Part shown: in pieces, positions 25,282 to 39,487 of the stretch
Layout: each line of letters opens with the position of its first letter
Numbering within the stretch: the stretch's first letter is position 1
DNA from: Azolla caroliniana
Lineage: Eukaryota > Plantae > Polypodiophyta
Direction of reading: 5' to 3'
NCBI GenBank assembly: GCA_043228905.1
Contig: JBHGNT010000021.1
Location: 1,798,001-1,862,000 of the forward strand
DNA: 64,000 bases
Made by a program: the position numbers and the translations under genes
The notes under the pieces: model-generated
What the model was told of the DNA's origin: nothing
Databases searched by the model: none
Seen by the model: the letters and a program-made list of their open reading frames with translations, nothing else

Positions 25282-27845
25282 ATCTTTCTTATGTACATAT
25301 CTCTCTCTTCCGAGGCACCTCTTAGAGAGCGCATATGATCTAAACTTGGTCCGCCAACACACCGTCGAATCCAAAGTGTAACCTCCATGATCTCTCTTGC
25401 TTGTGATCAAGACATTCCCATGTGTTGGTTGGTACCCCCCCCCCCCCCCCCCTCTGCCCAAAAGTGTTGTGCCATATGAGCTAAATGTATTCCCTCCCAA
25501 GTGTCACTTCCAGATGGCAAAAATTGTCGAATGTACCAAGGATGCCTTTCGTGATACCTCGCCTTGATGTCAAAGATGGCCATGCCAACTTTGTGGCTTG
25601 CCCCTAGGCCAAGGGCGAGACACATCAATCCTCAAAGTTGGATAAAAGTCCACATGGATTTGGTTAAAGTAAAGCACATGAATGCACCACATTGCCATAC
25701 CCAACTTAGAAGTTTAGGATGTTAGAGACAAGATATAGGGGCAAATAAAGTCATGTAATTCCACCTTCTAGTTAGGCACATGACACACATGAAAATTTAA
25801 GAGATGGAATCTAGAAAGTACTCGAGTTGCACACCGATGACATGCTCATGAGAGTGCTCTCTGCCCTAAGCATACGAAGTAAGTATCTTGCGAAAATGCT
25901 TGAGTCACTTGTAGGTACACCCATTGTTCCAAGAAATCAGACTTTCTTGTAAGAGTATTTTGGGACCTCCATAATCAATGTTTTTTCCCTTTTGAGGACA
26001 TTAAAATGACATTGTGAGAGATGCACACCCCAAACCCAAAGTTTGATCCTTGCATTAGGTTAAACCTTGTCTGATAAATCAAATTTTATTTCCCATTGAC
26101 ATTAGCAATGTACTTATGCATTTCTCTCTTTACTACATGTGAGTAGTGACAAATTTTATCAAGGTGTTTGGCATTATTAAGACATTGGATGTTGGCGTTT
26201 GGTGCATTATGCTTGAGAGTGTGATAGTTGATAACTCATGGGCATTTGACGAAATAAACAAAAACTTAAACACAAGTAAGGAATACCCATAACTGTAACC
26301 ACATTTTGTTGTTTTGAAGTTGATCCCTAGCTATAATTGAAAAGCATTACACATATGGTGTTTGTCCTTTTAAAAATTTAAAATACATTTTGTGGAGGGT
26401 CCCCAAAATGATCACTCTCTTACTTTTTATACCATGGAATGTGTTGCCATATGGGGAGAGTGAAATTTGTGGTATTTTATGTAGAAAGTTTAATTTGTAA
26501 AGCCAAGTTTTGAGGATAAATGTAGTGAACATGAATGCTTTTCATAGAGTTGTTGTATCACATGCACTAATAATGTGTATTGGTCTCCAACCATTGAAAA
26601 GGCAAGCAATATTGATTTAGTAGACAAAGTTGCAGTGCACAATGATCTGAGACGAAAACACATGAATGCTTTTCATTACTACTGGTGTACCACATGCAAA
26701 GGTAGTGTATTGCTTTCCAACTCGTGAAGGTTAATTTGTAAATGCCACGTAGTCAAGCAAATGTTTTTAGTGTGCATTATCTCATCTACAAGAAACACGT
26801 GAACATTTTTTTATCAAAGTTGGCACATCACATGCAATGCTTTTGTATGGATTTGAGTTCTCGGATTGTGTAAAAAGGAATTTGTAAAGCCATGTAATTA
26901 GGAGACAATTTGTTTTTGTACATCACTCAAAAATTGTGGCTAGTCCAAAAACCATGAATGGCTTTTATTGACATTGTCGAATAAAGGCGTGTTGTTTTTC
27001 CAACACTTAGTTTATGGCTTTTAATGTTATGCTAGACATTGAACATAATTCCATTTCTTTAGGAGAAAATTGAAGATCAATTTCAAATTAAACGCATGGC
27101 CAGTTTCCTTCAAATATGATTGTTTTAACTCTTGGGTATTGGAAACCAAATATTTTCAGCTGTAAAGCCTGTTTTTTGCAATTAAGTGCCATGGCTCAAG
27201 ACCTTATATCAAATTAAAGTGTTATTGTTTTCAACCTAGAGCATGAAATTGTAAAATCCGTAAATGCACGATCTCAAAGTAAACATGAATTCTTTGTTCA
27301 AAATGATACTCTTTTTAACCATTGGATGATGGAAACAATGTTTTTTGAAAGCCATATGAAAAATTTGTGTGGTTGTGGAAATTGGAATTATGAAGCCATC
27401 TTATTAGAGAGAATCATATTAGTTTACGATGTACATCATCCCAAACTAAGGATAAGCATACAACACATGGAATGGAATTAATTGTGGCATAGATTGGACA
27501 ACATATGATACTCGCAAAAACATTGAGGCACCCCAATAGACCTAATTGCAACAAGACAATTCATATATGTACATGTTGGAATAGCACAAACTGGGATTCA
27601 AACAGGCTTCCAACCCATGTCCGTCTCGCCAAGCATTCTTCTTGTGAGCATCTATGTTTCTTTTGTGCTAACATTTGCATGTGAATTGCCAAGCTATCAT
27701 ACTAGGGCTTAAAACATGATATTTTATATTCAACCCATCGATTCTCGACAAACATAAATTTACAAACCATATTTTTGGAAATATGAGTTAGTTCACATGA
27801 CTTTAAACTAAAACATGGAACACTTTTCACAATGAAGATAGGATT

Positions 27846-28170
27846 TGTTGAGAATCAAACTCAACTTCACTAGTGTGGGAACACACCCTAGTGTGTGAAT
27901 ACCCCACCACCTACTATAGTAACTAGTGTGTTATAGAATCTTATAGTTCTATGACACATATTAAGTGTAGTTAAGACTCCACCTCTCTTTAGTTAAGTGG
28001 TGGTGGTAGAAAGAGAATAATGGGAAGGTGATTATATAAGTGCTCTCTCACCTCCCTTGTAAGGTTGTTGGTTACTCTTGTATTCTGCTCCTTGTTAATA
28101 CAATTTTTACTTGCGTTTTCTATATACGTTGAGCTCTCTCTATTTCTCTGTGTCTAAGCCTAAGTTCACA
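27846..28170 (+). repeat. 5' LTR of Copia
   Basis: TG...CA; aligns with 30668-30971 over ~300 bp. Confidence 0.85.
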
Positions 28171-28220
28171 AAGAACCGACCGATCACTGTAGCAGCAACC
28201 TGCATAGTTCGTATCACAGG

Positions 28221-28609
28221 CATAGTTCCTAATATTCGCGTATGTCCAATTTACTGGACGTACGCGAACGTTTGCAAACGTACGCGTATGATACGCGATA
28301 TTCGTTTGGCTTTTTTTTTTTGGCTTTTTTTTAGTTTTTTTAATTTTTGATATTCATAATATTTTGTGAATAGAAGTGACATCTGACACACATACACACA
28401 CACACACTCTCTCTCTCTCTCACACGAGAACTGACAGATTTTCTCTCTCTACAAAATCTAGATATCTAATATACATATTACATACTCCCTCACACAGACA
28501 AAACCCATAGCTCCTCTCTCTCTCTCTCTCTCTCTCTAGAGTCTAGATATACACTCAATCACTGTCTCCTCACACATGCAAAACAGGGCTTCTCTCTCTA
28601 GACCACACA

Positions 28610-28654
<45 letters not shown>

Positions 28655-28827
28655 CCTCAAACACACACACACACACACTATGTACACCATATACACCATA
28701 TGTATATATAATATATCTATGTACCGCGTATGGATTTCAATCATACTTGGAGCCTTTTCACGTATGAGTATGATACGAATATTGGCGTTTGAGTATGACA
28801 CGAATGGGACGTATGGCTAGAACTATG
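28221..28827. mobile_element. hAT-type MITE nested in the Copia leader
   Basis: TIRs catagttc / gaactatg flanked by a perfect 8-bp TSD atcacagg (28213-28220 and 28828-28835). Subterminal cgtatg/atacg repeats; non-coding. Confidence 0.9.
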
Positions 28828-30667
28828 ATCACAGGGAAGCCGAAGAAGAATCACGATGAATACTAAGATGGGAAGCGCTCTTCCTACCGAGAAACTTGGG
28901 AATACAAGATGCACCAATACCTTGTCGGCCAATGCTATTGGGGCTACATCGAAGGAGCACAAGAAACAAATGCCAACCCGACACACGCAAACTATCTAGC
29001 CTGGGAGTAGGCTGCGAGATGTGTGTTGTACTGCCTTGCATCATGCGTACATGATCACATGCTCGACTACATTCAAGAGGCAAAAACGTCAAAGGAGGTG
29101 TGGGGGAACCTCAAGAAAATCTTCGTGGCCAATATTGTTGCTCGCAAGCTTCAACTTTGCCAAGAATTGAACAATATTCAATAGAGGGACATGTCAATCG
29201 GCAACTACACCTTGAAGATCAAGGAGTTGTGCGACGCCTTCGGGTCGATCAATGTCAGCATTGACGACGATGAAATGGTGCAAATATGCCTCGGAGGCTT
29301 GGCACCTCGGGTCGGTGCAATAAGGTCGGCCGTTCTCACAAGACAGAATCCTCCCTCCTTATTCGATCTCCAGTCAATGTTATTGGTCGAAGAAAACCAC
29401 GTCTGAACGATGAGCAATGTGCAAGAGGGACACATGCTCTATTCGAACTCGGATGGAGGAAGAGGACGAGTCGTGGCAGAAGAGGCCGATTCGGGCAAGG
29501 CTGACACAACCAAATGCAGTCCCAAGAGCACAATTCCTACTATCGACAAGTTGTCACGAACGCACGAGGAGGAGCCTCGGGTAGAAGGGGGAGCAATCAT
29601 GTCGGACCAGCTGACAGAACAACTCCGTCCAATGCAGATATTGTGGCAAATTCGACCACTACGAGGTAGAGTGTCAGAAAAAGAAAAGTGAGACAACATT
29701 CACGAGCCGACAACTCACAAATTACGCCTCAAATTCCAACTACGACGATCGTGGCGGAATGTTCCTGATGCGACATAGAGCAATTCGATGATGAAATCGT
29801 GTTCGACCAGCACCTCTAGTTCCGAAGATGTATGGTTTGTCGATTTGGGTGCATCAAATCACATGACGTCTCATGCAGATTGGTTCTGAGAACTCTGAAA
29901 AGCCGATCGACCCGGCTATGTTGAAACTGGGGATGACACAATACACCACATTCAGCATGTCGGCAATGTCCCGTTCGGCGAAGAGGGTAATCAGACCTAC
30001 ATAAAAAATGTCTTGCATGTTCCAACAATAATGAAGAATCTGGTCTCATTCGGCCAGATCGTGGAACAAGGCATGCAAGTTCGGTTCAACGATGGAGGAT
30101 GTTTCATCGAAAAGGAAGGACAAATTATCGCGCGTTGTCGAAGAGAAGGCCGAATGTTCACCCTTGCCTCTCACGAGATGAAATCGGCAATGTATGCCAA
30201 GGGCCATAAAGCCGGCACCGACATAGAGTTGTGGCACAAACGAATCGACCACATCAATCTCCAAAAGCTCAAAGGGATGCAGTCGAAAAGAGTCGTCATC
30301 GGACTCTCGAATTTTACTGAAAAGGAGATGGCAGGTGTATGCGAAGCCTGCCAATTCGGGAAACAACATCGACAACTGTTCCCAAAAGTGAGGAACCTGA
30401 ACAAAGGGACCCTGGATGTAGTACATTAAGACGGCTCAGACGGAAACATTCGGTGGTTGTCGATATTATGTCACGTTCATCAACGACTTCTCCAGGCATA
30501 CCTGGATTTACCCTACGTGGCAAAATAGCGAAGTGTTCGGACACTTCCAAAAGTTTAAGAATGAAGTCGAAAAGGCAACTGGTCGGCATGTCCGATGCCT
30601 TTGATCAGATGGCAATAGCCGAATCGAACCAACTTTTCGGCGTCCGGAAGTTGCGTTTGAAGGGGCG

Positions 30668-30971
30668 TGTTGAGAATCAAACTTAACTTCAGTAGTGTGG
30701 GAACACACCCTAGTGTGTGAACACCCCACCACCTACTATAGTAACTAGCGTGCTATAGAATTTTATAGTTCTATGACACATATTATGTGTAGTTAAGACT
30801 CCACCTCTCTTTAGTTAAGTGATGGTTGTAGAAAGAGAATAGTGGGAAGGTAACTATATAAGTGCTCTCTCACCTCCCTTGTAAGGTCGTTGGTTATTCT
30901 TATATTTTTCTCCTTGTTAATACAACTTTTACTTGCGCTTTCTATATATGTCAAGCTCTCTCTATTTCTCT
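30668..30971 (+). repeat. 3' LTR of Copia (3'-truncated)
   Basis: Homology to the 5' LTR ends at ctctctatttctct, about 20 bp short of the terminal CA. Confidence 0.85.
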
Positions 30972-31029
30972 CCTTCTCACATACAGACATATCAGTTCCG
31001 TTGCACATAATCACTCTCGTTTATTTACA

Positions 31030-32621
31030 ATGTTAATTGCCACTTGTTCCACTAGCTTTGAGTGTGACATTCTTGCTCAATAGATCTCCTTCACTTCAAA
31101 CCAAATTATAATAATGCAATTCCCTAGTTTTTCTATCGCAAAATCACTCCCTTTGAGCACTCAATCTCCCTTTTAGAACAAAAAGAGTTTGCTCAACCTC
31201 ATGTAAATATGTATAAGTTTCTCCAAACATCTTGTACAAACAATGTTTTGACAACAAGTTCTTGAAAAAATCTCATTGATAAAGAATATTCATTTTATTA
31301 TTATTATTATTTAAAAGATACTTCCCATTAGTTAGGTAGAGTGTCGAATCTTCATTTTATTAATCACCGATGAGAATAATTTGACAATGACATTGTATGG
31401 ATTGAACATAGCTGTAGATTATGATAATATCATGTGAAGTAAACCAATATGTTATATATTCTTTATCAGCTTATAAATTTGATAGAAATGTATCAAACAA
31501 ATATGTAGAATGTTAAATAGGCAAATTAAATAATGTACACACATACTCACAATGGTGTCTACATTTTGAGATTCAAGTTACATGGTTATGTTCAACTTAT
31601 AAGCAACTATACATTACATGAGAAAATATTTAAAAATCTTCATGCACAACTTCATCAATGAAAAATTTACCCCAATTCTTCTTTGAGATTCTATTTATTT
31701 GTCTGGTTGGATGTGTGATTCATATCTCTTTAGTGCGAACCCAAAATCTTTTGCAACTTCTAAAATCACAACAATCCTTCCTCAACATATGCATATAAGT
31801 GTTCTTAGAGGGTCTAGCCAAAACACACACATGCGCTCTTGATACCTCTTTGCCTAAAATGTGAAAGAGTTTAGAGGTTTTCAGGGAGTTTATGTATGTG
31901 TGTGAAGAGCCACACACTTACAATATTATTCATAGTTAATGTAATGAAGAGTGATAACCATTGTTTAAGATTGTCTAAATTGAGATATGTTGGTTTATGC
32001 ATTCTTTTGCCTTTTCTCAACAATCTATTGCTTGAAACTAGTATATGTAATGCATCTATATGCTTAATATATGCTCTTGTTACCTCCAGGTGAGATATTA
32101 TTCATTCGTCAAGTGCTTAACATCATTGATATCTTGTTTTAGAGGCTTCAAATACCTACATTGCAATTATTAATATTTAATTGTGAACCTTGTTGAATTC
32201 CTTAACATGTAATGTTATAGGTAATGTGGTTTCCAAATATTCTAGAAGAGCTATTATTCTAACTTAGGGAGAGAACTACCGAAGGGCAAATGGAAATCCC
32301 TTGAATTAGACTAACAAGAGAACAACAAAAGAACTATTGATGAAAGTGAACATAATTTATCCGAAGAATCCCCCTCCCCCCTCCCTGGGGGATTTGATCG
32401 TCCAACACTATGTGTTCCTACGAGAAAAACATTTATTGTCAACTTTCGAATTAAATCACAAGTATTGATGTTACTTGCCACTTGTTGCACTAGCTTTGAG
32501 TGTGACATTCTTGCTCAATAGATCTCCTTCGCTTCAAACCAAATTATAATCGTGCATTTCCCTAGTTTTTCTACCCCAAAGTCACTCCTTTTGAGCACTC
32601 AATAACCCTTTTAGAGCAAAA
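31030..32621. repeat. Dispersed ~150-bp direct repeat pair (31030-31182 and 32469-32621)
   Basis: tgccacttgtt(c/g)cactagctttgagtgtgacattcttgctcaatagatctcc... occurs twice. Confidence 0.85.
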
Positions 32622-34085
32622 CGATTGATAAAGAAACCCCTCTCTCTCATGTAGATGAATATATAAATGGTAATGGGAGGTTTTATATGAACAATCTTGC
32701 ATGAAGTCATTATGGATGTTGACTATCTTAGGACAACATTTCCTTGGGCAAGTGCTCTTCCTCGAGAAATGAAAACATTTCGTTTTAGTTTAGTGACCTT
32801 TGCTACTAGGAAGAAAGTAGATATGATACCTGGGTTGTTTCTCCTCTTTTGGTGGCACATTTTTGTCAAATGGCATCAACCCATTCTTGTACATTTTTCG
32901 AATTGTATTTATTTCCACTTTATGTTTCTTATAATATCTCTTCTTATTGACTTGGTCACCTTGCATACTACACTAAAAACAAAACTAGTTAGCACAATGT
33001 CAACAAAATAATGGTTTCATTAGGGATTAGATGCATATGTAAATCTTTATAGTAGCACAAAAACATTCACTTTAGAATTTAAGAGTGTCCTCCCCCACAA
33101 ATATTTCAATCTAGTTACTATTTCAGCCTAGGGCATATCATCTGACATTCAAAGCAAAACTTATCTGAGGTAAATTTTGACACTTCATAAAATATGTTTT
33201 CTAAGAAAAACATATATGATAAATAAAAGAATAAAATGAGAAAATATGAGTATATACGCAAACATACATGTATACACATATGTCGTGAGATCAATATGTC
33301 AATAGGCACTAAAATTATTCTTCCAAGTACCTATAATAACGTATAAACTTGGAATGTATAATAGTCAATCAAAAGGGTGAATTACCTTCTTCTTTTTTTC
33401 CAAGACATGGCATGTGGGATAGTGAATGTAAATGATGTGCATGAAAGGATGGCTAGAGCCATATGTGAAAGTGTAAGATAAATAAGCAAGATCTCTTGTG
33501 TAGGATAGGATAGTCTTGGCTCGGCCTTCCCGAGAAAGGGATTGAGTTTTATGTATATTTTAACTAAAGGAGTATATTCCTTTTTGGAAAAAGAAGAAGA
33601 AGAAGAAGAAGGGTGAATTACCTCTAAAAATATCACAAATCACAAGCAAGGATATTATTGCCTTTTCATCCCTAACCTCTAAAGGGCTAGTAGCACTAAA
33701 CCACTAAGGTTGTTTCGCCTTCTCTGCATGATCAAATTACCCTACCCCTCCACTAAATAAATAATGTTGAAGGGGAAATGATCATGGACAACCATTTTGA
33801 AGTTCAAGTCAATCCTAAACCCCAATAGAGATGCCCAAAAGTCATCGTTGTCACCAAATAAAGAATACAAGGATAGGCTCCAATAACATTTTGAGAGGAG
33901 TATTTTGAGAGTTTATCATCATCGTCTAGTGATTGTAGCCACCTACCTCCTATGGCATTATGAGCCTATTGGCATTAATTTGAGCTTATTTTCCTTGGTC
34001 ATTCAACATTGTCATCCTATTAGCATTATGTGCCTATTTTTGTTGAAGTTATTTGGCATCGTAGACCCTTCTAGTTAATACATTA

Positions 34086-37000
34086 ATGAAGAGTGACGAG
34101 GGTGGTTATTGTTTTTTCTTTTCTGAAAAAATATATCCTCCATGTTGGGCATATCCACTCAAGTGGAGCCCACAACACAGAGCCAAAGGGTTGATTGAGA
34201 ATCAGTTGCGTGTCAGCAGACGACTGAGCATACAGCCGATTGGGAGTCGGGAGGGCACTGAATTGGCTCAGGGCCAAAAAGAGGAAAAGTTATAATTATG
34301 CATGATTATATATGTGTGTGTGTGCGTGTGTGTATATATATATATACCCTTTTTCTTTTGTATGTTTTTTTGGTGTGTGTCTTTTGTGTGTTTGTGTGAA
34401 CACAGGTACATAGACGTTGGGCAACAAGGAGAAAAACATAAAAAGGAGAGGGGGGAAACAGAGTGAGATCAGATTTTTCTACGTACATAGAGCAAAAACA
34501 GAAAATAGAGAGAAAAACAGAAAATAGAGAAGAAAACAGAAAACGAAAGAGGGAGAACAAGAGGAGGAGCATTCTACCAAAGTGGAGACAAAGACTTGTG
34601 AGGAGTTGGTCGTGTTGACAGAGAACCACGACTGTGCAACACCTCTCATGTCTACTCGCATCAGGTTAGTTCATTTCATGTTGTTTTCTTGTTTCCTATT
34701 TTGCTAGTTTTTCTATCCACCTAGTTGGGTGAAGAATAGTAAGGTTATTTGCTTGGTTTATCCACCCAATTGGGTGAGGATCGTAACCAAGGTTGTTGCC
34801 TTGAAGCTAATATATTTCCTCTAGACAAAAACCTAGAGAGATTAGCACATTCCTTGTGCTTATTGTTGTTGGTTTATCCACCCGATCGAGTGATGATTGT
34901 AGCCAAGCCTGTTGCCTTGAGGCTAGCACATCCCTTGTGCTTATTGTTGTTGTATCCACCCAATCGGGTGAAGATTCTAGCCAAGGCTACTGCCTTGAGG
35001 CTAGGACATTTCTCTAGTCAAAACCTAGAGAGGCCGTACTTAGTTTGTAATCTTTGTTATTCTATGCACCCGATTGGGTGAAGGTTGTAACCAAGGTCAT
35101 TGCCTTGAGGTAGATACACTCCTCTAGTGAGGTCGTATTCCATTGTACTCAAAGTTATAGTGAAGTTGTTTGGAACCTACAGTTCCCGTGGTTTTTCCCT
35201 ACTTTGGGTTTTCCACGTTAAAATTTTTGGTGTACTCTAATTTTCATCTTGTGGTTTTATCAAGTGTTAATTGTGTTTGAATTTTTAATCATCCTGATTC
35301 AGTCTCATATTCCCAACACTCCATTGGTATTAAAATGAAAGTGGCTAGAGGCCATGTACAAAATAGTCTAGTATTACTATGAATATTGTAAAGCCGTGTC
35401 GAATGACCCTAGACAATCTTTCTAGGTAAAGATAAGTAAGAAAAAAACCCCCTCGCCAATCTTTGTAGGCAAAGAAAGTACAATGAAGCCATACCATTCT
35501 CCAAATCAGCAAGATGCATAGTCCAACCTCCAGAAAAAAGCCAGCAAGATGAGGGTTGTTGTTTTGTTGGTACTATGTTGTATTTTGCCACGACTTCTAC
35601 TTCCCTTGGCTCCACTTGATCCTACTCTATTAAAGATTAGGGGCCGTGGTTAGAGGATGTTATGATGGACATGGTTAGTTCTATCCATGGCAAGTTGAAC
35701 AAGAATGTTCTATAGTTGATAATTTTGCTTTACCAACTTGATGCTAAGCAAGAAGTAAAACTTTATTAATTCTTAGCACAAAGAGGAGGAAGCTTTAAAA
35801 GCTTGTGTACTACTTAATCATTTGTTAATGTTGAAATGGGCATCATGTGTGAATGCAAATTTGACAATTGTATATAGGATATTGAAGAGACATTCATGAT
35901 GAAGAGCATTAAGCCCCCTAACTTTTGTTGAGATGATCATGATTGTAACAAGAATGTGGTTCATAAATTTCTCTAGAAATGGTGTGATCTACACATGTTG
36001 CATTGCAAGCCAAACTTTTTCATTGCCCTTGAAGTCAGTTTTTCTTTAGAGAAGAATTGTTAATCAAGTAGTTATAGATGGGGGATGAGGCTTCCCATGA
36101 AGGTTCATCTAAAAAGTTAGGATCCTTTCATAGATTTATTTTGAAGGAGTTCTTATATGATCATAATTGGGTGAACTAGTTCTTACGACATGGTCATCAA
36201 GTTGTTGAATTGCCATACCAATATCTCTTGATATTACAAATTAATGATGAAGCTAGAAGGCGAGGGTTTATCTATGGATTGGATCAAGACTTTCCCGTGA
36301 AGGGTTGGATCATCCAATTATTCAAAGATATTGGGGGACAAAAATTTGTTAAATGTTTATGGCATAGTCTCGCATGAATCATCTCAATGTAAAGGATTGG
36401 CTCAATGAACTTTCTTGTGGTCTTGGTGATAAAATGTGAGCTTGCACGATTTGTATAGGCTCAACAACCCACACATTGCAAATTGTGATAAAAAAACATT
36501 TTGACCATATTTGTTTGGAATGTTTAAAAATGGTTGTGAACATAATTTTGTTGTCATTCAATACTACCTTCAAATAGTTGTGATCACAACGTTATCATTC
36601 AATACTACTAATCATTCTCAAGCAAATGGCCAAATTGGACATATAAATCAAGTATTGTCAATATGCTTTATCCATATGGTAATACCAAAGCAAACGAGCT
36701 GAGAGGATTACTTACATCTCCTGGAGGTAACATATAATAGTGCAAAATGCGTTCCTTCATGGGTTAGACCTTTAATGTTGTATGGTTTCCAACCTAGTTC
36801 CCAAATAATGGTTGGAATTGGTAAAGAGCAATTAAATAATTTTTCAAGAACTGGTTGAAGATTGATTGGATATGCTGGATATTGCATTTCTAGGGTCAAA
36901 CATGCCCAAGATCTTTAAAAAACATGTGTGGATGAGAAGCATGAGCTTGTAATCTTCAAAGAAGGAGAGCACGTATATCACAAAGTTCCTAAGAACTCTA

Positions 37001-37320
37001 AGACTCATAACATCGACAAAGTTCCAAATTTGGAAGAACATTATAATTTGTGTGCAGTTTCCAATCTTGAATGGTTAAGGTGGCTTACAAGTTGGATTAA
37101 TCATCTTCCTCTACCAAGGTTCATCCCGTTTTTCCTTTTAATTGTCTAAATATTTAAAGTTGTTTGAAACCAATTGCCTTTGAATATCTTAGGGAAATGC
37201 TATTGCATAGGATAAAGTTCCCAATTTAGTGATGGTGTTATCGTATGAACCTAAACACCGAGTAGAGTGATGATGTTGTGGGGGCTGAAGCACATTTTGA
37301 TGGGGAGATGAGGAACCTAG
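34086..37320 (+). mobile_element. Degenerate Ty3/Gypsy element (LTR plus decayed gag/integrase)
   Basis: LTR U5-like cccgtggtttttccc...gggttttccacgt, end ...cccaaca plus decayed PBS tggtatta (~35326). Integrase-like TTNHSQANGQIGHINQVL and YNSAK..LYGFQP at 36600-36800. Confidence 0.6.
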
Positions 37321-39487
37321 ACTCATTTTGTTGTTGTGTGTACAAGATTTTGGTGGTAACTGGCAAGATGGTTGATGTGGACAAAAGAAGAATACTTCTT
37401 GACCTTTTGATAAGGATGACTGTTGATGGTGTGGAGGTTGGAAACATATTCTTGAGGGTTGAGGAGGTGTGTACTTTATCAAATTATTGGATATATCTTC
37501 CATTGAACGGATAATCATTATTCCTTTTTAGATGAAGACGAAGGAGATGGCCGAACTCGACATGAGGGATAGTTGTGGGCTAACCAAGGCAGCCCACCGC
37601 GTTCTACGTCAACATGGTTCATCATAACTCAAGTGACATTACATGAGTTCCAAGTTGGAGAATGGGTTAAAGGAAAAGAAGGAACCGGAGGACATGCTCA
37701 CATTCGAATAGATGACGACATAAGAGCAAGTGGCGTGAACTAACCATTATGGCCCACTGCGTTCTATGTTCACTACATATACTAATACAACGTCTCATTT
37801 CATTCTTTTGCGTCTTTCACTACCCTTCTTTGTGATTTTCATAGGTCATCAAATAAATAAATAAATATGCATCATAATCTTCTAGACAAGGTCTTAGTGA
37901 CAACTACCACCCATGGTGATTCAATGACATTTTGAACACATTCCCTAGATTTGCATTTCTTCGAACGACATTAACCCTCCAACGACGATATAGGGAAATG
38001 TGGCTTCCTTGATCATTATTAATATGCGACATATGATTCCTTTGAATTATCGAACAATAAATTCTCAAATATGAAGAACACCCAAAAAAGGTATAAAACA
38101 TGTCTATTACTAAATTTAATTTGTGCTTTGGATTTTAACGGTAGGCATAAATAAATTATGAAACTATAAGTTGTTCAATTGTTTGTAACATATAAATCTT
38201 TAAAACTACGTAAATCTTAATGGAATTCCTTAGCTAACCTTACATCTAGTTGGTGCGCTTTTGCTTTCTCATTTGCAAGTTCTGTACTTATGTTCCAACT
38301 TTCAAATAGATAGCTCTTGTCAATGTTTGTCTACAACATATAGTTTCCAAAACAATAATGATATTGACTGCTAAAATAAAAATGCATTGGTATGAGCATT
38401 CAAAGAGGAAGCCAACATACCAAAATTATCAAATCCCCCATGTATTTCTTCAATGTACCTTTGATAGCTTAAGGGATTAAGAGTTACCTTGTTCTCATAT
38501 AATAAAAGTGTTGAAATCTAAGGTATTAGTATGTTTGGGGAAAAAGTATAAGTCGAGTGTGGATAGGCTTACGCCCTCATAGCATTATTTGTTTAATAGA
38601 AGGATTGTTATTTGTTCACTAGAAGGATTATTCTCAACTTTGGCCTTTAGGAGGTGAAGTTAGAAATTATGTTGATGAGATTTCCCAATTGTTGATTGGA
38701 AGTACATTGTAAGAAGTGTTTCCAACTTCTAGACCACTCATGACATTGTCTTGCACCAAAACATATTTAGGCTAGAGAGTAAATGTGCAACAAATTTAGG
38801 CACTATACATATGTAATCCAATCCACTTATTAAGTTATACAAAGATTTGAAAAATCCATGTACCAATAATGGAATATAAACAGAGAACTCAATAATATTG
38901 TTGCGATGTCCTGTAAAATGGCTACAATGCAAGTGATGCTAGGGGAGTGCAAAAGGCTTATGAGACCAATTTTCAAGGCATGTGATTCTAACATTTGTGT
39001 AGGGCAAGCCTAATGGATATTGGGCACACTAAGATAGATTGGTTGTTTCTACCCCAATATGTCGGCCTACCTAGAATGAAGAGGCCAATTGTCTAGAAAG
39101 GGGGTTGGGTTCAATATCCCTAGTGTGGATTGGAGCTTGTAAATATCCATTGTAAGGGAATGTCCCCTAGGTTGTGGTTGGTGTAGACTTAATATATAGG
39201 TTAAACCACCATTAAATATAACAAAGAAAGTGGTTGGATATTATTCTACTTGAATTTGTGGGGTTCTTGATCTCACTTTCTTACAAGAGTTATTGTGCAT
39301 GACTACCATGCATCTAACATTGTAGGACAATAGATGCCATATTCACACTTTGCAACAAAATTTCAAGATTGATTTCCAACTATATTTCCTTGCAATAAAG
39401 GCACAATAAGCTTGACAACGATGTTATGGAGACATTGTACCATGTGATCTATAAATATGAATTCAGGAAATGTCGAATTAAAAGATA

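Larger units (their letters stand above)
27846..30971 (+). mobile_element. Ty1/Copia LTR retrotransposon, internally deleted (no RT/RNaseH), pseudogenised
   Basis: Two LTRs start tgttgagaatcaaact (27846, 30668). gag from 28868 (MGSALPTEKL...LQSMLLVEENH), zinc knuckle CRYCGKFDH, protease WFVDLGASNHMT, pre-integrase LWHKRIDH...CEACQFGKQHR, integrase RYYVTFINDFSRHTWIY. The sequence then jumps to a purine tract (gaaggggcg) and the 3' LTR. Confidence 0.95.

Noticed and set aside
24705-25500. Long overlapping MYVC/YIHT ORFs
   Set aside because: Stop-free simple repeat with no coding evidence.
34710-35120. CRISPR-like repeat/spacer appearance
   Set aside because: Eukaryotic LTR context; spacers resemble each other, repeats are degenerate and there are no cas genes.
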